This document shows positions 38,404 through 48,420 of a stretch of 64,000 bases of DNA, piece after piece; position 1 is the stretch's first letter, and the number at the start of each line of letters is the position of its first letter. Both the position numbers and the translations under genes were made by a program. The stretch comes from Candidatus Woesearchaeota archaeon (GTDB taxonomy: Archaea; Nanobdellota; Nanobdellia; SCGC-AAA011-G17; GW2011-AR18). Below the pieces are notes generated by a model. It was given only the letters and a program-made list of their open reading frames with translations, searched no databases and was not told where the DNA came from. The stretch lies in the NCBI GenBank assembly GCA_018302765.1, contig JAGVZG010000002.1, positions 47,819 to 111,818 of the forward strand. Direction: 5' to 3'.

Positions 38404-39669
38404 ATGAAAAATTATGATGTAGTTATTGTTGGTTCAGGAGTCATAGGAACTTCTATAGCATATCATTTAAGTTCAAGATTGGGAACAGGAAAAGATATAT
38501 TATTATTAGACAAGGCATCAACATCTTGTCATGGAAACACTCAGAGAAGCGCAGCTAAAATTCGTGATACTGTTGCTTCACAAACCAATTTAGATCTTTG
38601 CAGATCATCTATTGAGGCTTACAAATATTATCAAGACTCGGGAGTCGATTTAGGTTTAAAATTTGAGGGCTATCTATGGTTAATGACTGATGATCAAAGA
38701 TCGAGAAATCAAACTTCAATAGATACAATGCTGCGTAATGGCGTAAATATAGAAATATTAGATGAATTTAGCATAACAAAATTATTACCAAACCTGAACT
38801 TAAAATTAGAAAAACGAACAAGAGAACTACTTAGATTAGAAGATATAACATGCGCTTTGTTTGGAAAAAATTGCGGTTCAATAGATCCTGAGTTACTTAC
38901 AAGATTTTATGAAAGAAGATTTTTAGAAATGGGTGGAAACAAATTGTACAACTGTGAAGTCAGGTCTTTGGTTTTTGACAAATCTGATGGAGAAACAAAT
39001 CATTTGCTTATGGACTTATCAAGAGTGCATGGTGTAATAACAGATAAAGGAAAAGTTTTAGCAGAAAATGTGGTTTTGGCAACTGGAGCTTATACTCAAT
39101 TTTTATTGGAAGGAAAACATGGCATTCATAGTGGCTTGAAGGGAACAAAGAAAAGACAGCTATATGAATTAGCAACTAAAGATTTCGATAGTATAAAGTG
39201 CATTAATAGTTATTTTCCATTTACTATACTTCCATACAAAGGAATTTATTTATATCTAATAAAAGAAGGAGAAGTTGTAGTTGGCTGTTCTGACAACGTA
39301 GGAAGACCATTTACATTAGAAAATGATCCTCAGCCAGAGCCACAGTTTTTTAGAAATTGTGTCATGCCCATACTAATAGAATATTTTCCTTTCTTAAGTA
39401 GAGCAATTGAGAAAGGTACAACAGCAGGAATGTACGACTATAGTGCTGAAGGCGCACCGAATATAGATGAAGTAATAAATGGTCTTGTTATTGCAAATGG
39501 TTCAAGTGGTAGAGGCATAATGACTGCAGATGCTATAGGAAGAATAACTGCATCTATGATACTTGGAGAAGAAGAAACAGAATTATTTGGCAGGAAAAAA
39601 TTTAATGTTAGCAAGTTAAGCATAGATCCAAAAAAAAGAAATGTTGAGCCTGAACTATTTAGTCTATGA
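38404..39669 (+). CDS. FAD-dependent oxidoreductase (DAO/sarcosine oxidase beta-like)
   Basis: VVIVGSGVIG, VVLATGAY, NGSSGRGIMTADAIG. Confidence 0.8.
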   Translation: MKNYDVVIVGSGVIGTSIAYHLSSRLGTGKDILLLDKASTSCHGNTQRSAAKIRDTVASQTNLDLCRSSIEAYKYYQDSGVDLGLKFEGYLWLMTDDQRSRNQTSIDTMLRNGVNIEILDEFSITKLLPNLNLKLEKRTRELLRLEDITCALFGKNCGSIDPELLTRFYERRFLEMGGNKLYNCEVRSLVFDKSDGETNHLLMDLSRVHGVITDKGKVLAENVVLATGAYTQFLLEGKHGIHSGLKGTKKRQLYELATKDFDSIKCINSYFPFTILPYKGIYLYLIKEGEVVVGCSDNVGRPFTLENDPQPEPQFFRNCVMPILIEYFPFLSRAIEKGTTAGMYDYSAEGAPNIDEVINGLVIANGSSGRGIMTADAIGRITASMILGEEETELFGRKKFNVSKLSIDPKKRNVEPELFSL

Positions 39670-39695
39670 ATTTTCTAAAAGCTTACTACATAATG

Positions 39696-40616
39696 CTATA
39701 TTTCCAAATGGTGTAAAGCAAATATAGAAGAAGATAAATCAGAAGTCTTAGAAACTATTGTTGATAATGAATTTAAAAGCTGTAATTCAAATTTATTTCT
39801 TGTATTTATATTATTCAATTTATTAAATAATTCTTCCTTTCTATCAACTAATGAATTTACCTTTTCAATTGAAAATTTGTACATTAATTCATAATAATCA
39901 TTAAAAAAACTATTAACTTCTTTGTATAAATCTAGAATATCTTTACTTATTTCATAATTATTCATGGACAGATTATTGCATATTGACTTGTATTCGTCTG
40001 CTATCTTTTCCAAATTCCAGATAATTGTAGTAATAAATAACTGCTTGTCTGGCTCTTTGTAAAACCCTTTGTTAATTAACCTAAGGCAAAAACTGGTTAA
40101 TTGATTGTTGCTCATCTCCAAATTAATCAATGATTTCAAGCTAGAAAATTGTGTTGAACTTATCATATCAAGGCTTGATGAAGCTAGAGAATTTGTAACT
40201 AAAAAGGCCCTTCTCAATGTATTATTAAATTCTGATTCTACTTCGTTAGCAATATTTTTTAAGACAGTTTTCTTTGATGTCTGTTCTATAACAATAAAAC
40301 CAAGCAATAGGTTCTTTATTAGGTCCTGTACAACATCATTTAATTTTGGCTTGCTATAAACTAAGGTAATTTCATCATAGCCTAATTTATGCAAGGCAGA
40401 AGCAGCGTATCTTAAGGTTCTTTCATTAAAGCCATCTATATCTATATTTATAGTCCTGACCTCGCTGCCGTTTTTAACAGGTTTAACCATAATATTATTT
40501 CCAAGCTCTTCTATGTCCAATTCGTCTCCTTTTTTTATATTAAAACGCTTTACCCAAGAATGTGGCAAAGACACAACAGAAGTTTTTCCTGCCAACTGTA
40601 TTACTTTTCTTTTCAT
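39696..40616 (-). CDS. AbrB-PhoU phosphate uptake regulator
   Basis: MKRKVIQLAGKTSVVSLPHSW (AbrB), GYDEI, LEKIADEY (PhoU). Confidence 0.8.
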   Translation of the reverse strand: MKRKVIQLAGKTSVVSLPHSWVKRFNIKKGDELDIEELGNNIMVKPVKNGSEVRTINIDIDGFNERTLRYAASALHKLGYDEITLVYSKPKLNDVVQDLIKNLLLGFIVIEQTSKKTVLKNIANEVESEFNNTLRRAFLVTNSLASSSLDMISSTQFSSLKSLINLEMSNNQLTSFCLRLINKGFYKEPDKQLFITTIIWNLEKIADEYKSICNNLSMNNYEISKDILDLYKEVNSFFNDYYELMYKFSIEKVNSLVDRKEELFNKLNNINTRNKFELQLLNSLSTIVSKTSDLSSSIFALHHLEI

Positions 40617-40732
40617 ATTTAAGATAAATAATTCATAAAGCTATAAACCTTACTGTATTATAAGGTATTATATAAATTATAAGAATCAATTATAAATATT
40701 TCAAAAAATATATAGTTTAGAGGTGGTTTAAA

Positions 40733-41194
40733 ATGATTGATAAAAAAGAAATGTTAATTTTAGCAAATTTAAGAAATAATGCAAGGGAAACCTTGACAAA
40801 GATGAGCAGAAAAACATCTATTCCTGTATCTACAATATTTGAAAAACTGAAGACCTATGAATCCGGCTTAATAAAAAAATACACCTCTTTAATAGATTTT
40901 ACAAAATTAGGATATAATACAAGAGCAACCATATTGGTAAAAACAACAAAAGAATACAGAGATAAATTAAGACAGCACCTATTATTAGATAAGTCATTAA
41001 ATAGTGTTTACAAAATAAACAATGGTTATGATTTCATGCTTGAAGGAATTTTCAGAGAAATTAAAGATGTAGAGCAATTTTTAGAAAAATTAGAAAATGA
41101 ATTTGGAATTACAGACAAGTATGTTTATTATATAGTTGATGAAATAAAGAAAGAAGATTTTCTAAGCAGCCCAGAATATGTAAAACTTATTTAA
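40733..41194 (+). CDS. Lrp/AsnC family regulator
   Basis: LILANLRNNARETLTKMSRKTSIPVSTIFEKLK; GAGGTG SD. Confidence 0.82.
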   Translation: MIDKKEMLILANLRNNARETLTKMSRKTSIPVSTIFEKLKTYESGLIKKYTSLIDFTKLGYNTRATILVKTTKEYRDKLRQHLLLDKSLNSVYKINNGYDFMLEGIFREIKDVEQFLEKLENEFGITDKYVYYIVDEIKKEDFLSSPEYVKLI

Positions 41195-42063
41195 TTTCTT
41201 TTTATTTGGATTAAATTTTCCTCATTATAATCTTCTAACTTTTTAACACCATAACAAATACCATAAAAGCTGCATTGGCCATCTTTCCACTTGCACCATG
41301 ACCCAGGATTTTTATCATAATCTTTTATATCGTTACTTTCAGTATTAAATTTAATTAATTCGCATTCTCTTCCAGCAGTATCTATTAGATCCTGAGAAAC
41401 ATCTATATATTTTTTAGTTCCGTGTCTTAAAAAATGAAGCCCGACTTTATTTGGCAGCTTGCCGAATTTTTCATTAAACATCAAAGAGTATATTGCTAGC
41501 TGCAGTTTGTAATCTTCTGTTATGTTATCTTTTGAACTTGTTTTGTAATCTATAATATAAACTTCGCCATTTATGTTAAGAATCGCATCAAGGTAACCAT
41601 GAACGTTGTGTTTTTCTGAATACAGATGAACTTCAGTTTGCGGCTTTAGTTTATTAAAAGCATCCTGAAAAGTTCCATCATTAATGAAAGAGCTTAAAGC
41701 AATTAGAAAATCCTCTATGAAATTCTGCAGCATATAAATGCTATTCTGATAGTAATTCCTTATTGTATTTTTATCGTTCTCCAAATTCAGCAAAGAAGGC
41801 AAAGCTTTTGTCCAAGAATTATTAAACAAATTAATTAATTCGTGTTTTAATATAAATTCATAATTACTCTTGTTTATGCTGCTTGTATCAATTTTGAAAA
41901 AATTTTCAAGTGCGTCATGAACTGCTTTTCCTGTTATAGTTGAAATGTTATCTTTCCTAGGAAGGTTTAATTTATAGCTGTAATAATATTTTCTTTTGCA
42001 TAAGTTATAAGTGTTGATACTTGATGGTGACTCTTGTCTTGTCATATTTCCTCTTTTTGTCAT
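41191..42063 (-). CDS. PD-(D/E)XK nuclease, RecB/Cas4-like (solo)
   Basis: SPSSINTYNLC, GKAVHDALE, GYLD, IIDYKT, QLAIY, three C-terminal Cys. Confidence 0.8.
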   Translation of the reverse strand: MTKRGNMTRQESPSSINTYNLCKRKYYYSYKLNLPRKDNISTITGKAVHDALENFFKIDTSSINKSNYEFILKHELINLFNNSWTKALPSLLNLENDKNTIRNYYQNSIYMLQNFIEDFLIALSSFINDGTFQDAFNKLKPQTEVHLYSEKHNVHGYLDAILNINGEVYIIDYKTSSKDNITEDYKLQLAIYSLMFNEKFGKLPNKVGLHFLRHGTKKYIDVSQDLIDTAGRECELIKFNTESNDIKDYDKNPGSWCKWKDGQCSFYGICYGVKKLEDYNEENLIQIKRN

Positions 42064-42153
42064 TAAAATTCAAACTAAATTATTAATTAAGCTTTCTATA
42101 TTAAAATAAACTTAAACGAAAGATATTTAATAAGTTTATTTCAGTAAATCTGC

Positions 42154-43059
42154 ATGAATACAAATTATTCTTACATGATAATTGCAACATTTAATATTTT
42201 AGTTATTATTTTTACAGCTTTTTATTCTTATAGGTTCAGAAAAAATTTGGATGAAATGCATAGCATGATGATAGGTATGACATTTGGACTGGTTTCTGGT
42301 TTGGTTGCATCAACATTGTTTGTAGTTCCCACAGGAAATTTTCTTTATGCTGTTATAATTGGAACTGTTGTAGGATTGGCTTTTGGAGTTCCTTTAGGAA
42401 AGCTTGGAAAACACCTGGGAATGATGGAAGGAATTATATCAGGACCTATGGGTGGAATGATGGGTGCAATGCTTGGTCAAATGACTAGACCTTTTAATAT
42501 TGAGATTTTTATTCCATTTTTTAATATTATATTTTTAATATCTATGATAGGAATTTCATATGCTATAAACTGCGGAGTTAATTACAATACAAAGAAAAAG
42601 AAAATATCTGAAAATTTTGTTTATGTTTGGTTTACTGTTTCTTTAATATTGGTAATATTAAGCATTTTACTTCCGTTTTCTTTACAAAGCTCTTCAAATT
42701 ATTCTAGTCAAGAAAGCAGTTTGCCAAGATATTTGCAAGAATTGACAAAAGAAGAGAAAGCTGAAACAGCGATAAGATATAATGGCTCAGGACAATATCA
42801 AGAAGTTAATCTGCTAATAACATCATCAAGATATTCTCCAAATATAATACTGGCTAAAAAAGATATGCCTCTAATAATAAATGTTAAAGCTGATACTGGT
42901 GCTGGATGCGGCAGGGAAATAATATTTCCAGACTTCGGCATAAACAAACTAATAAGGCCTGGTGGCTCAGACATAATTAAAATTAATCCTAATAAAGAAG
43001 GCACATTTAATTTTAGATGTTCAATGGATATGTTTCATGGAAAATTAATAGTATCTTAA
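42154..43059 (+). CDS. Met/Gly-rich membrane protein fused to a cupredoxin (CupA-like) domain
   Basis: About five to six TM helices with MHSMMIGM and GPMGGMMGAMLGQM; C-terminal GCG...FRCSMDMFHG. Confidence 0.7.
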   Translation: MNTNYSYMIIATFNILVIIFTAFYSYRFRKNLDEMHSMMIGMTFGLVSGLVASTLFVVPTGNFLYAVIIGTVVGLAFGVPLGKLGKHLGMMEGIISGPMGGMMGAMLGQMTRPFNIEIFIPFFNIIFLISMIGISYAINCGVNYNTKKKKISENFVYVWFTVSLILVILSILLPFSLQSSSNYSSQESSLPRYLQELTKEEKAETAIRYNGSGQYQEVNLLITSSRYSPNIILAKKDMPLIINVKADTGAGCGREIIFPDFGINKLIRPGGSDIIKINPNKEGTFNFRCSMDMFHGKLIVS

Positions 43060-43126
43060 ACTCATTATACAAAATATATTTAATAAAAAATATTAATTTA
43101 TAAATCCTGTAATAAATTGGTTTTGA

Positions 43127-43636
43127 ATGTTTATATACTTAAGAAATGTGGCTTTAGGATTGGTGTTATTATCTTGTAGTTCTGTGCCAAAGAAAGCAGA
43201 TAGTGCTTCTTTAGAGGCAGTTTGCAGTGAAATTATTGACAGAGCAATAGACTTTAGAGATCCTAATAGAGAAGATAAATTAGCTGGTTGCCAAGCATAT
43301 GTAGAATTTCAAGCTTACAAATCCCAAGCAGCCAGATCGTTGTTAAATTTAAACGTCCTCTACAGCAGTTTTATATCTAAAGATCTAAGATCTGTAGCTG
43401 CTATAATTTCTGGAAGCGATAAAATAGAGGATTATGATATGAAGTGCAGCAATTTTAAAGAAATTATATTGAGTGCTATACCAAAAATGGCAAAACAAAT
43501 TGTTACAGCTGAAACTAAATTAGAACTTATGCATCCAAAAGTAGGTGTAATATCAGAATATTTAGAGCAAAAGAGAAGACTACATAGAAGGGTTGAAGAG
43601 ATTAGAATTGGAATAAATGGTTATGAATGCCAATAA
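43127..43636 (+). CDS. putative lipoprotein
   Basis: Short signal peptide ending in LVLLSC lipobox-like motif. Confidence 0.5.
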   Translation: MFIYLRNVALGLVLLSCSSVPKKADSASLEAVCSEIIDRAIDFRDPNREDKLAGCQAYVEFQAYKSQAARSLLNLNVLYSSFISKDLRSVAAIISGSDKIEDYDMKCSNFKEIILSAIPKMAKQIVTAETKLELMHPKVGVISEYLEQKRRLHRRVEEIRIGINGYECQ

Positions 43637-43676
43637 TAATTAATTATATTCTTAATAAAAATTTTATATTAAAGTC

Positions 43677-43772
43677 CGCCGGCGACAGGATTTGAACCTG
43701 CAAGTCCTTTCGGACGGCAGTTTTCGAGATTCAGCAATTATTCTGCTGCCCTACCAATTAGGCGACGCCGGC
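43677..43772 (-). tRNA. tRNA-Ser(CGA) with a 13-nt intron; CCA not encoded
   Basis: Acceptor GCCGGCG/CGCCGGC, D arm GCCTAATTGGTAGGGC, anticodon loop CTCGAAA, long variable arm GTCC-GAAA-GGAC, T arm GCAGG-TTCAAAT-CCTGT, G73. Confidence 0.92.
43730..43742 (-). other. tRNA intron at position 30/31 (AAUAAUUGCUGAA)
   Basis: Removing it restores anticodon stem GCAGU/ACUGC; forms a bulge-helix-loop splice motif. Confidence 0.8.
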
Positions 43773-44062
43773 ATACTATTATTCTTAAAGTTAAACTTAT
43801 ATTTCTTTCTGAAATTATTAATTTATGAAGTTTGAAAAAACAAAGTTAAAAGCAAAATTATTAGGAACTTTTACATTTCTTAAATAATAGAATATAATGG
43901 TCTTGAAGTCTTTAACTTTACAAACTGGCGGATCTGCATGTTCTCTAAATTTGGCTACAAGTAATAATTATTCTCTTCTTATAGGAGTAATTTTGGTCTT
44001 ATCACTGCTTGGTTCTTGATTTTGCCACAAGATATTTAAATATATTATAACCAGTAATCTGT

Positions 44063-44785
44063 ATGTCACAAGATAGAATATTAAACTTATTAATGCAGAA
44101 AGATGAGATTACTTGGCAGACTATATTAAATGACTTAATAAAGTCTGGAGAGATAAATCCTTGGGATATTGATATTTCAATTTTAGCTAATAAATACATA
44201 GAAACTGTAAAAAAAATGCAGGAAGCTAATTTATTTATATCTGGCAAAGTTTTGCTTGCATCTGCAATACTGTTAAAAATAAAATCTGAAAAATTAATAA
44301 TTGAGGACATAGGAATACTAGATAATTTGATGTTTCCTGCCCCAATGGAAGAACTTGACCAGTTTATGGACCCACAGAGCAGAAGGATTATTCTGGACGT
44401 AGAACCAAGACTAACAATAAAGACACCTCAAGCAAGAAAGAAAAAAGTTCAGATTGATGACTTAATCAGCGCTTTAGAAAGGGCTTTGGAAGTTAATCAA
44501 AGAAGATTAATTAGAATAGCAGAAAGAAACAGGGTGCCTACTGATTTAATTATTCCTAAGAAGAGAATTGACATTGAAAAATTAATAATGGAAATATACA
44601 ATAAAATAAAGATTGTATTTGAGAAAAAACCAACATTAACATTTATAGACTTAGTTGCTAGTGATAAAAAAGAAGATAAAATATTTACATTCATTCCTTT
44701 ACTGCACCTATCCAACCAAGAAAAAATTGATTTGGATCAGAAAGAACATTTTGGAGACATAAATATTAAATTACTAGGCAAATAA
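44063..44785 (+). CDS. scpA: segregation and condensation protein A (kleisin)
   Basis: INPWDIDIS...Y, GKVLLASAILLKIKS, C-terminal TFIPLLHL...Q..F. Confidence 0.85.
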   Translation: MSQDRILNLLMQKDEITWQTILNDLIKSGEINPWDIDISILANKYIETVKKMQEANLFISGKVLLASAILLKIKSEKLIIEDIGILDNLMFPAPMEELDQFMDPQSRRIILDVEPRLTIKTPQARKKKVQIDDLISALERALEVNQRRLIRIAERNRVPTDLIIPKKRIDIEKLIMEIYNKIKIVFEKKPTLTFIDLVASDKKEDKIFTFIPLLHLSNQEKIDLDQKEHFGDINIKLLGK

Positions 44786-45601
44786 TTACAATTTCTTTAT
44801 ATTTTTATTGAAATAAGAATTAAATAAGAAAATCCTTAACCAAATATTGGCAACTATACGCACTATAACCAATAAAATAATAGGTATTATCAGAATTACA
44901 AATGGAGAGAAAAATGTAAATTCAACAATAATACTTAATACAAAATTTATTGCAAACATTATTAACCACGTGATGAATATATGTGTATAATTGTTTTTTG
45001 CATATTTAAAAGAGAGCTTTATTAATTCTATAGCAGAACTTAATTTAATTGTAGTCATTATAGGCTCAAGAAATAATAATCCGAACACCATAAAAAGCGA
45101 AGCAAGTATAATATAAATAAATAGAATTAAACCTAAAATAACAACTAACAATAATCCAAATAATTTGCTTATTAAAAATCCAAGAAAAATTATTAATCCT
45201 AAAATCAAAATGGGAATTAAAATTATTGAGAATTTTATCATCTGGACTTTAAAGTATAGATATGCATATTTCTTTATACCTTGCAATAGGTCTTTGTTTG
45301 TGGCTTTATAGTCTCTAGATACCAAATTTAACAAATTGATATACATTGCATTAATTACTGAAGTTAACAAAATTAACAATAAAATATCAATTAGACCTAT
45401 TGGTACTGCAAAATACAAAAATCTAATTAATTCCACTCGCGGATCTGGCAATAAACCTATGAACAAAAGAAATTCTAATAACATCATTATTAAAAAAACC
45501 AAACCCAATGCTATACTGTAAACTAATGGAAGAAATACAATAAGATTATTTTTCATACCCATCCAGCTTTTTTTAAGCAATAAATCATATTTTATTTTCA
45601 T
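44786..45601 (-). CDS. multi-pass membrane protein
   Basis: 271 aa with about six hydrophobic segments. Confidence 0.6.
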   Translation of the reverse strand: MKIKYDLLLKKSWMGMKNNLIVFLPLVYSIALGLVFLIMMLLEFLLFIGLLPDPRVELIRFLYFAVPIGLIDILLLILLTSVINAMYINLLNLVSRDYKATNKDLLQGIKKYAYLYFKVQMIKFSIILIPILILGLIIFLGFLISKLFGLLLVVILGLILFIYIILASLFMVFGLLFLEPIMTTIKLSSAIELIKLSFKYAKNNYTHIFITWLIMFAINFVLSIIVEFTFFSPFVILIIPIILLVIVRIVANIWLRIFLFNSYFNKNIKKL

Positions 45602-45727
45602 AGATTCTAGATTTTATTTAGAAGCATTATTTATATACATTTTGGCTTCTTAAAACAGTTAATCCAAAGCTTTAAATACAAACCTAGCAATTAAATAATT
45701 AATTAAACTAAAGGGAGGTTGTGATAA

Positions 45728-46120
45728 ATGGCGCTTGGTTTGGATGCATTATTGCCTTTATTGGCTGGATTTCTAATTGCCTTTGTAGTATTGATGATAA
45801 TTCTTTATGTTTACTCTGCATTGGTATTAATGGCAATAGCTAAGAGAACAAATACTCCAAATTCATGGCTTGCTTGGATACCAATAGCTAACATATATTT
45901 AATGACTCAGATTGCAGAAGTTCCAGGATGGGTAACGTTATCTATTTTGTTACCTTTTATACCGTTTGTTGGCGGATTGGCATTTTTAGCTGTGTTTATC
46001 TGGCTATGGTGGAAAATAGCAGAAGCAAGACATAGACCTGGATGGTGGGGTATACTAATAAGTTTAGTACCTGTTGTTAATTTAGTTCTCATAGGTATGC
46101 TTGCTTGGAGCAAAGAATAA
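45728..46120 (+). CDS. small membrane protein (DUF5684/DUF805-like)
   Basis: WLAWIPIANIY, GWWGILI; GGAGG SD; family name recalled. Confidence 0.65.
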   Translation: MALGLDALLPLLAGFLIAFVVLMIILYVYSALVLMAIAKRTNTPNSWLAWIPIANIYLMTQIAEVPGWVTLSILLPFIPFVGGLAFLAVFIWLWWKIAEARHRPGWWGILISLVPVVNLVLIGMLAWSKE

Positions 46121-46284
46121 TTTTCTTTTTTTATTTTTTAATATGAATATTTTTGTAAATATAAATACTTAAATCTGATTTTACTGTATATAACTTATGG
46201 ATATATATAAAAATTGCTTTTAAAAAAGAAGAACTTCCAATCTTAAGACAAAATTGTTTTTTAGCGCCAATATATCCAAGATTA

Positions 46285-46758
46285 TTGTCTTTAGATTTAA
46301 GGTTTGATCTTGATATTGCTTACAGTGTTTTTGAAAATGCTGCAGCAGAATGGTATGACTACCTTAGAAAATATGTTGGTGTTTTAGGTGAAGCAGAAGA
46401 ACGTTCTTATATAGAACGCGTTTTTATGTCCAGAAAATTATCAGTATTTTATGATAATGGTTTCTTAACTGTAGACCCGCCAGGTTTTTGGAAAGTAAAA
46501 GTAAAAAATCTAGAAAACGGCTTTCCTTCATTTCTATCTATTGACAATTATGTTGGAGAAAGTTTATATTTTGATAATGAAAATAATGCTTCTGTAGTTG
46601 TGCCTAAATTGATACTATTTAGAGAATATAGACACCCACAAAGAAATAATCATATTTATGCCTATCAACAAGATAATATAGAAGATTATCCAAGCACACT
46701 ATTTTTAAGAAATTGGGCAATACTTTGTGTAAATGAATGTCTAAAACAGATTTTCTAA
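46285..46758 (+). CDS. hypothetical protein
   Basis: 157-aa ORF with TTG start; no motif. Confidence 0.45.
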   Translation: MSLDLRFDLDIAYSVFENAAAEWYDYLRKYVGVLGEAEERSYIERVFMSRKLSVFYDNGFLTVDPPGFWKVKVKNLENGFPSFLSIDNYVGESLYFDNENNASVVVPKLILFREYRHPQRNNHIYAYQQDNIEDYPSTLFLRNWAILCVNECLKQIF

Positions 46759-48419
46759 GTTGTCTTTATTAACCTATAAAGCTCGGTTAAATTAATTTCT
46801 AATGCTGCCACTGGCATTTCCAAAGTAAAATTCTCAAGAACTTGTGGATGAATCTCTCCAATATAAACAATATCAACACTATTTACACTAATTCTTCCAA
46901 CTCTTCCTTGAATGAAGCTATTATGCTCTACTTCTTTTATTTCATATTTAAAATCCAGAGCTTTTGACAGTGCATCTAGCACTTGCTTTATTTCTGTGAA
47001 ATTGGACGTACTATGACATAATACAACAGCCAGCCTAATAGATTCATCAACACCATTATCATTTTCTGAATTGTATTTAAAGACATGCCCTGAGCTAAAT
47101 ATATTCTGCGGATATTCATTGTGCTTATTTTCCTTTAATATCTGCATTAATGTTGGTATGATCCATGCTCTTAATACGTCATAACCTTCACTTATGGAAT
47201 TTAGAAGTTCTACACATTTTATGTTTGTATTCATATGGCTTGTCTGGTTTTCTTTGCTGGTTAAATTATAAGTATGTGTCTCTAATAATCCAAGACTGAC
47301 TAAAATATTGGATACTTTTCTTCTGAAAACTTCAAATTTGTTTTCCTGAGCTATTGTTGCAACATTTGGTATTTCTGGTTTTAAGTTATTGTAACCATAA
47401 GCTATAGCCACGTCTTCAGCTAGATCTATCTGATGAATTATATCCGTCCTATATGGCGGAATTAATGCTGTAATATATTTTCCCTTTTTCTTTATTCCAT
47501 ATCCCATTTTTTCTAGAAGATTAGTTATCTCTGTGCTTTTAAGTTCAAGACCAATTTTTTTATTTATATAATTAATATTAATTTCTATTTTCTCAGGTTC
47601 CAAATTTGGAACATGGTAAATTTTTTTGCCGTAAATTAATTTTATGGAATAAATTCTGCCACCCATATCAGCCAGAGCTGAAACAAGTATGTTTAATGCA
47701 GTATTTATAGTTTTGAAATCAGTGCCTGTTGCCTCTACAAACACATCTTTTGTATCTTCTGTTATTTTACCAACGTCATGGGAATTTATTATTGGCGGCA
47801 TTGATATTATTGTATTCTTTGCATCAATAAATATCGGATATTTCTTCCATGTCTGAACCAAATGCTTGTATTTTATCCCTGTTGGATGCTTCTCTAATAT
47901 TTCATTAGCAGATAATACCTCTGGGTACTCTAAAGGCCTATATTTGATTTTTTCTGGAAATTCTGTTGTAAACCTAACTGGAAATTTTATTCTTTCCAGA
48001 GGGTAAATACCAAGACCACCTTTCTTTCTATTCCTCAAAAATGTCAGTCCTAATTTCTCTTGAATTTGAATTATTTCTCTTATTTTCTCATCATTAAGCC
48101 TTAAGTCCTTAACTACTGCTGCGACTGCGTAAGGATAATTTTCCAGAGTTTTTTCTACTTTAACAACATAGTTTGATTTATTTAAATTATATTTCTTAAG
48201 GCCTTTTGAAGTTCCCAAAAAAGTTGAAGCTGCTCTAGCCAGGCCGTATTCACTTAATAAATCAGGCCTGTTCGGAAAAACTTCAATAACTATTTCATCT
48301 TCTTTGATCTCTTCAACAGCAACACCCATCATTGATATTTTTTCTTCTATATCTTCATCTGATAATTTCCTTCCAATTAATTTCATGAATTCTTTTTTAT
48401 TGACATTTATTGTTGGCAT
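46755..48419 (-). CDS. pheT: phenylalanine--tRNA ligase beta subunit (archaeal type)
   Basis: PNRPDLLS, SMPPIINS, YRTDIIHQIDLAED, GEIHP. Confidence 0.95.
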   Translation of the reverse strand: MPTINVNKKEFMKLIGRKLSDEDIEEKISMMGVAVEEIKEDEIVIEVFPNRPDLLSEYGLARAASTFLGTSKGLKKYNLNKSNYVVKVEKTLENYPYAVAAVVKDLRLNDEKIREIIQIQEKLGLTFLRNRKKGGLGIYPLERIKFPVRFTTEFPEKIKYRPLEYPEVLSANEILEKHPTGIKYKHLVQTWKKYPIFIDAKNTIISMPPIINSHDVGKITEDTKDVFVEATGTDFKTINTALNILVSALADMGGRIYSIKLIYGKKIYHVPNLEPEKIEININYINKKIGLELKSTEITNLLEKMGYGIKKKGKYITALIPPYRTDIIHQIDLAEDVAIAYGYNNLKPEIPNVATIAQENKFEVFRRKVSNILVSLGLLETHTYNLTSKENQTSHMNTNIKCVELLNSISEGYDVLRAWIIPTLMQILKENKHNEYPQNIFSSGHVFKYNSENDNGVDESIRLAVVLCHSTSNFTEIKQVLDALSKALDFKYEIKEVEHNSFIQGRVGRISVNSVDIVYIGEIHPQVLENFTLEMPVAALEINLTELYRLIKTT

Positions 48420-48420
48420 A

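Noticed and set aside
41191-43772. Integrated element at the tRNA-Ser 3' end
   Set aside because: No integrase and no duplicated tRNA 3' fragment found
43897-44019. 40-aa ORF with hydrophobic C-terminus upstream of scpA
   Set aside because: Too short, no SD or homology evidence
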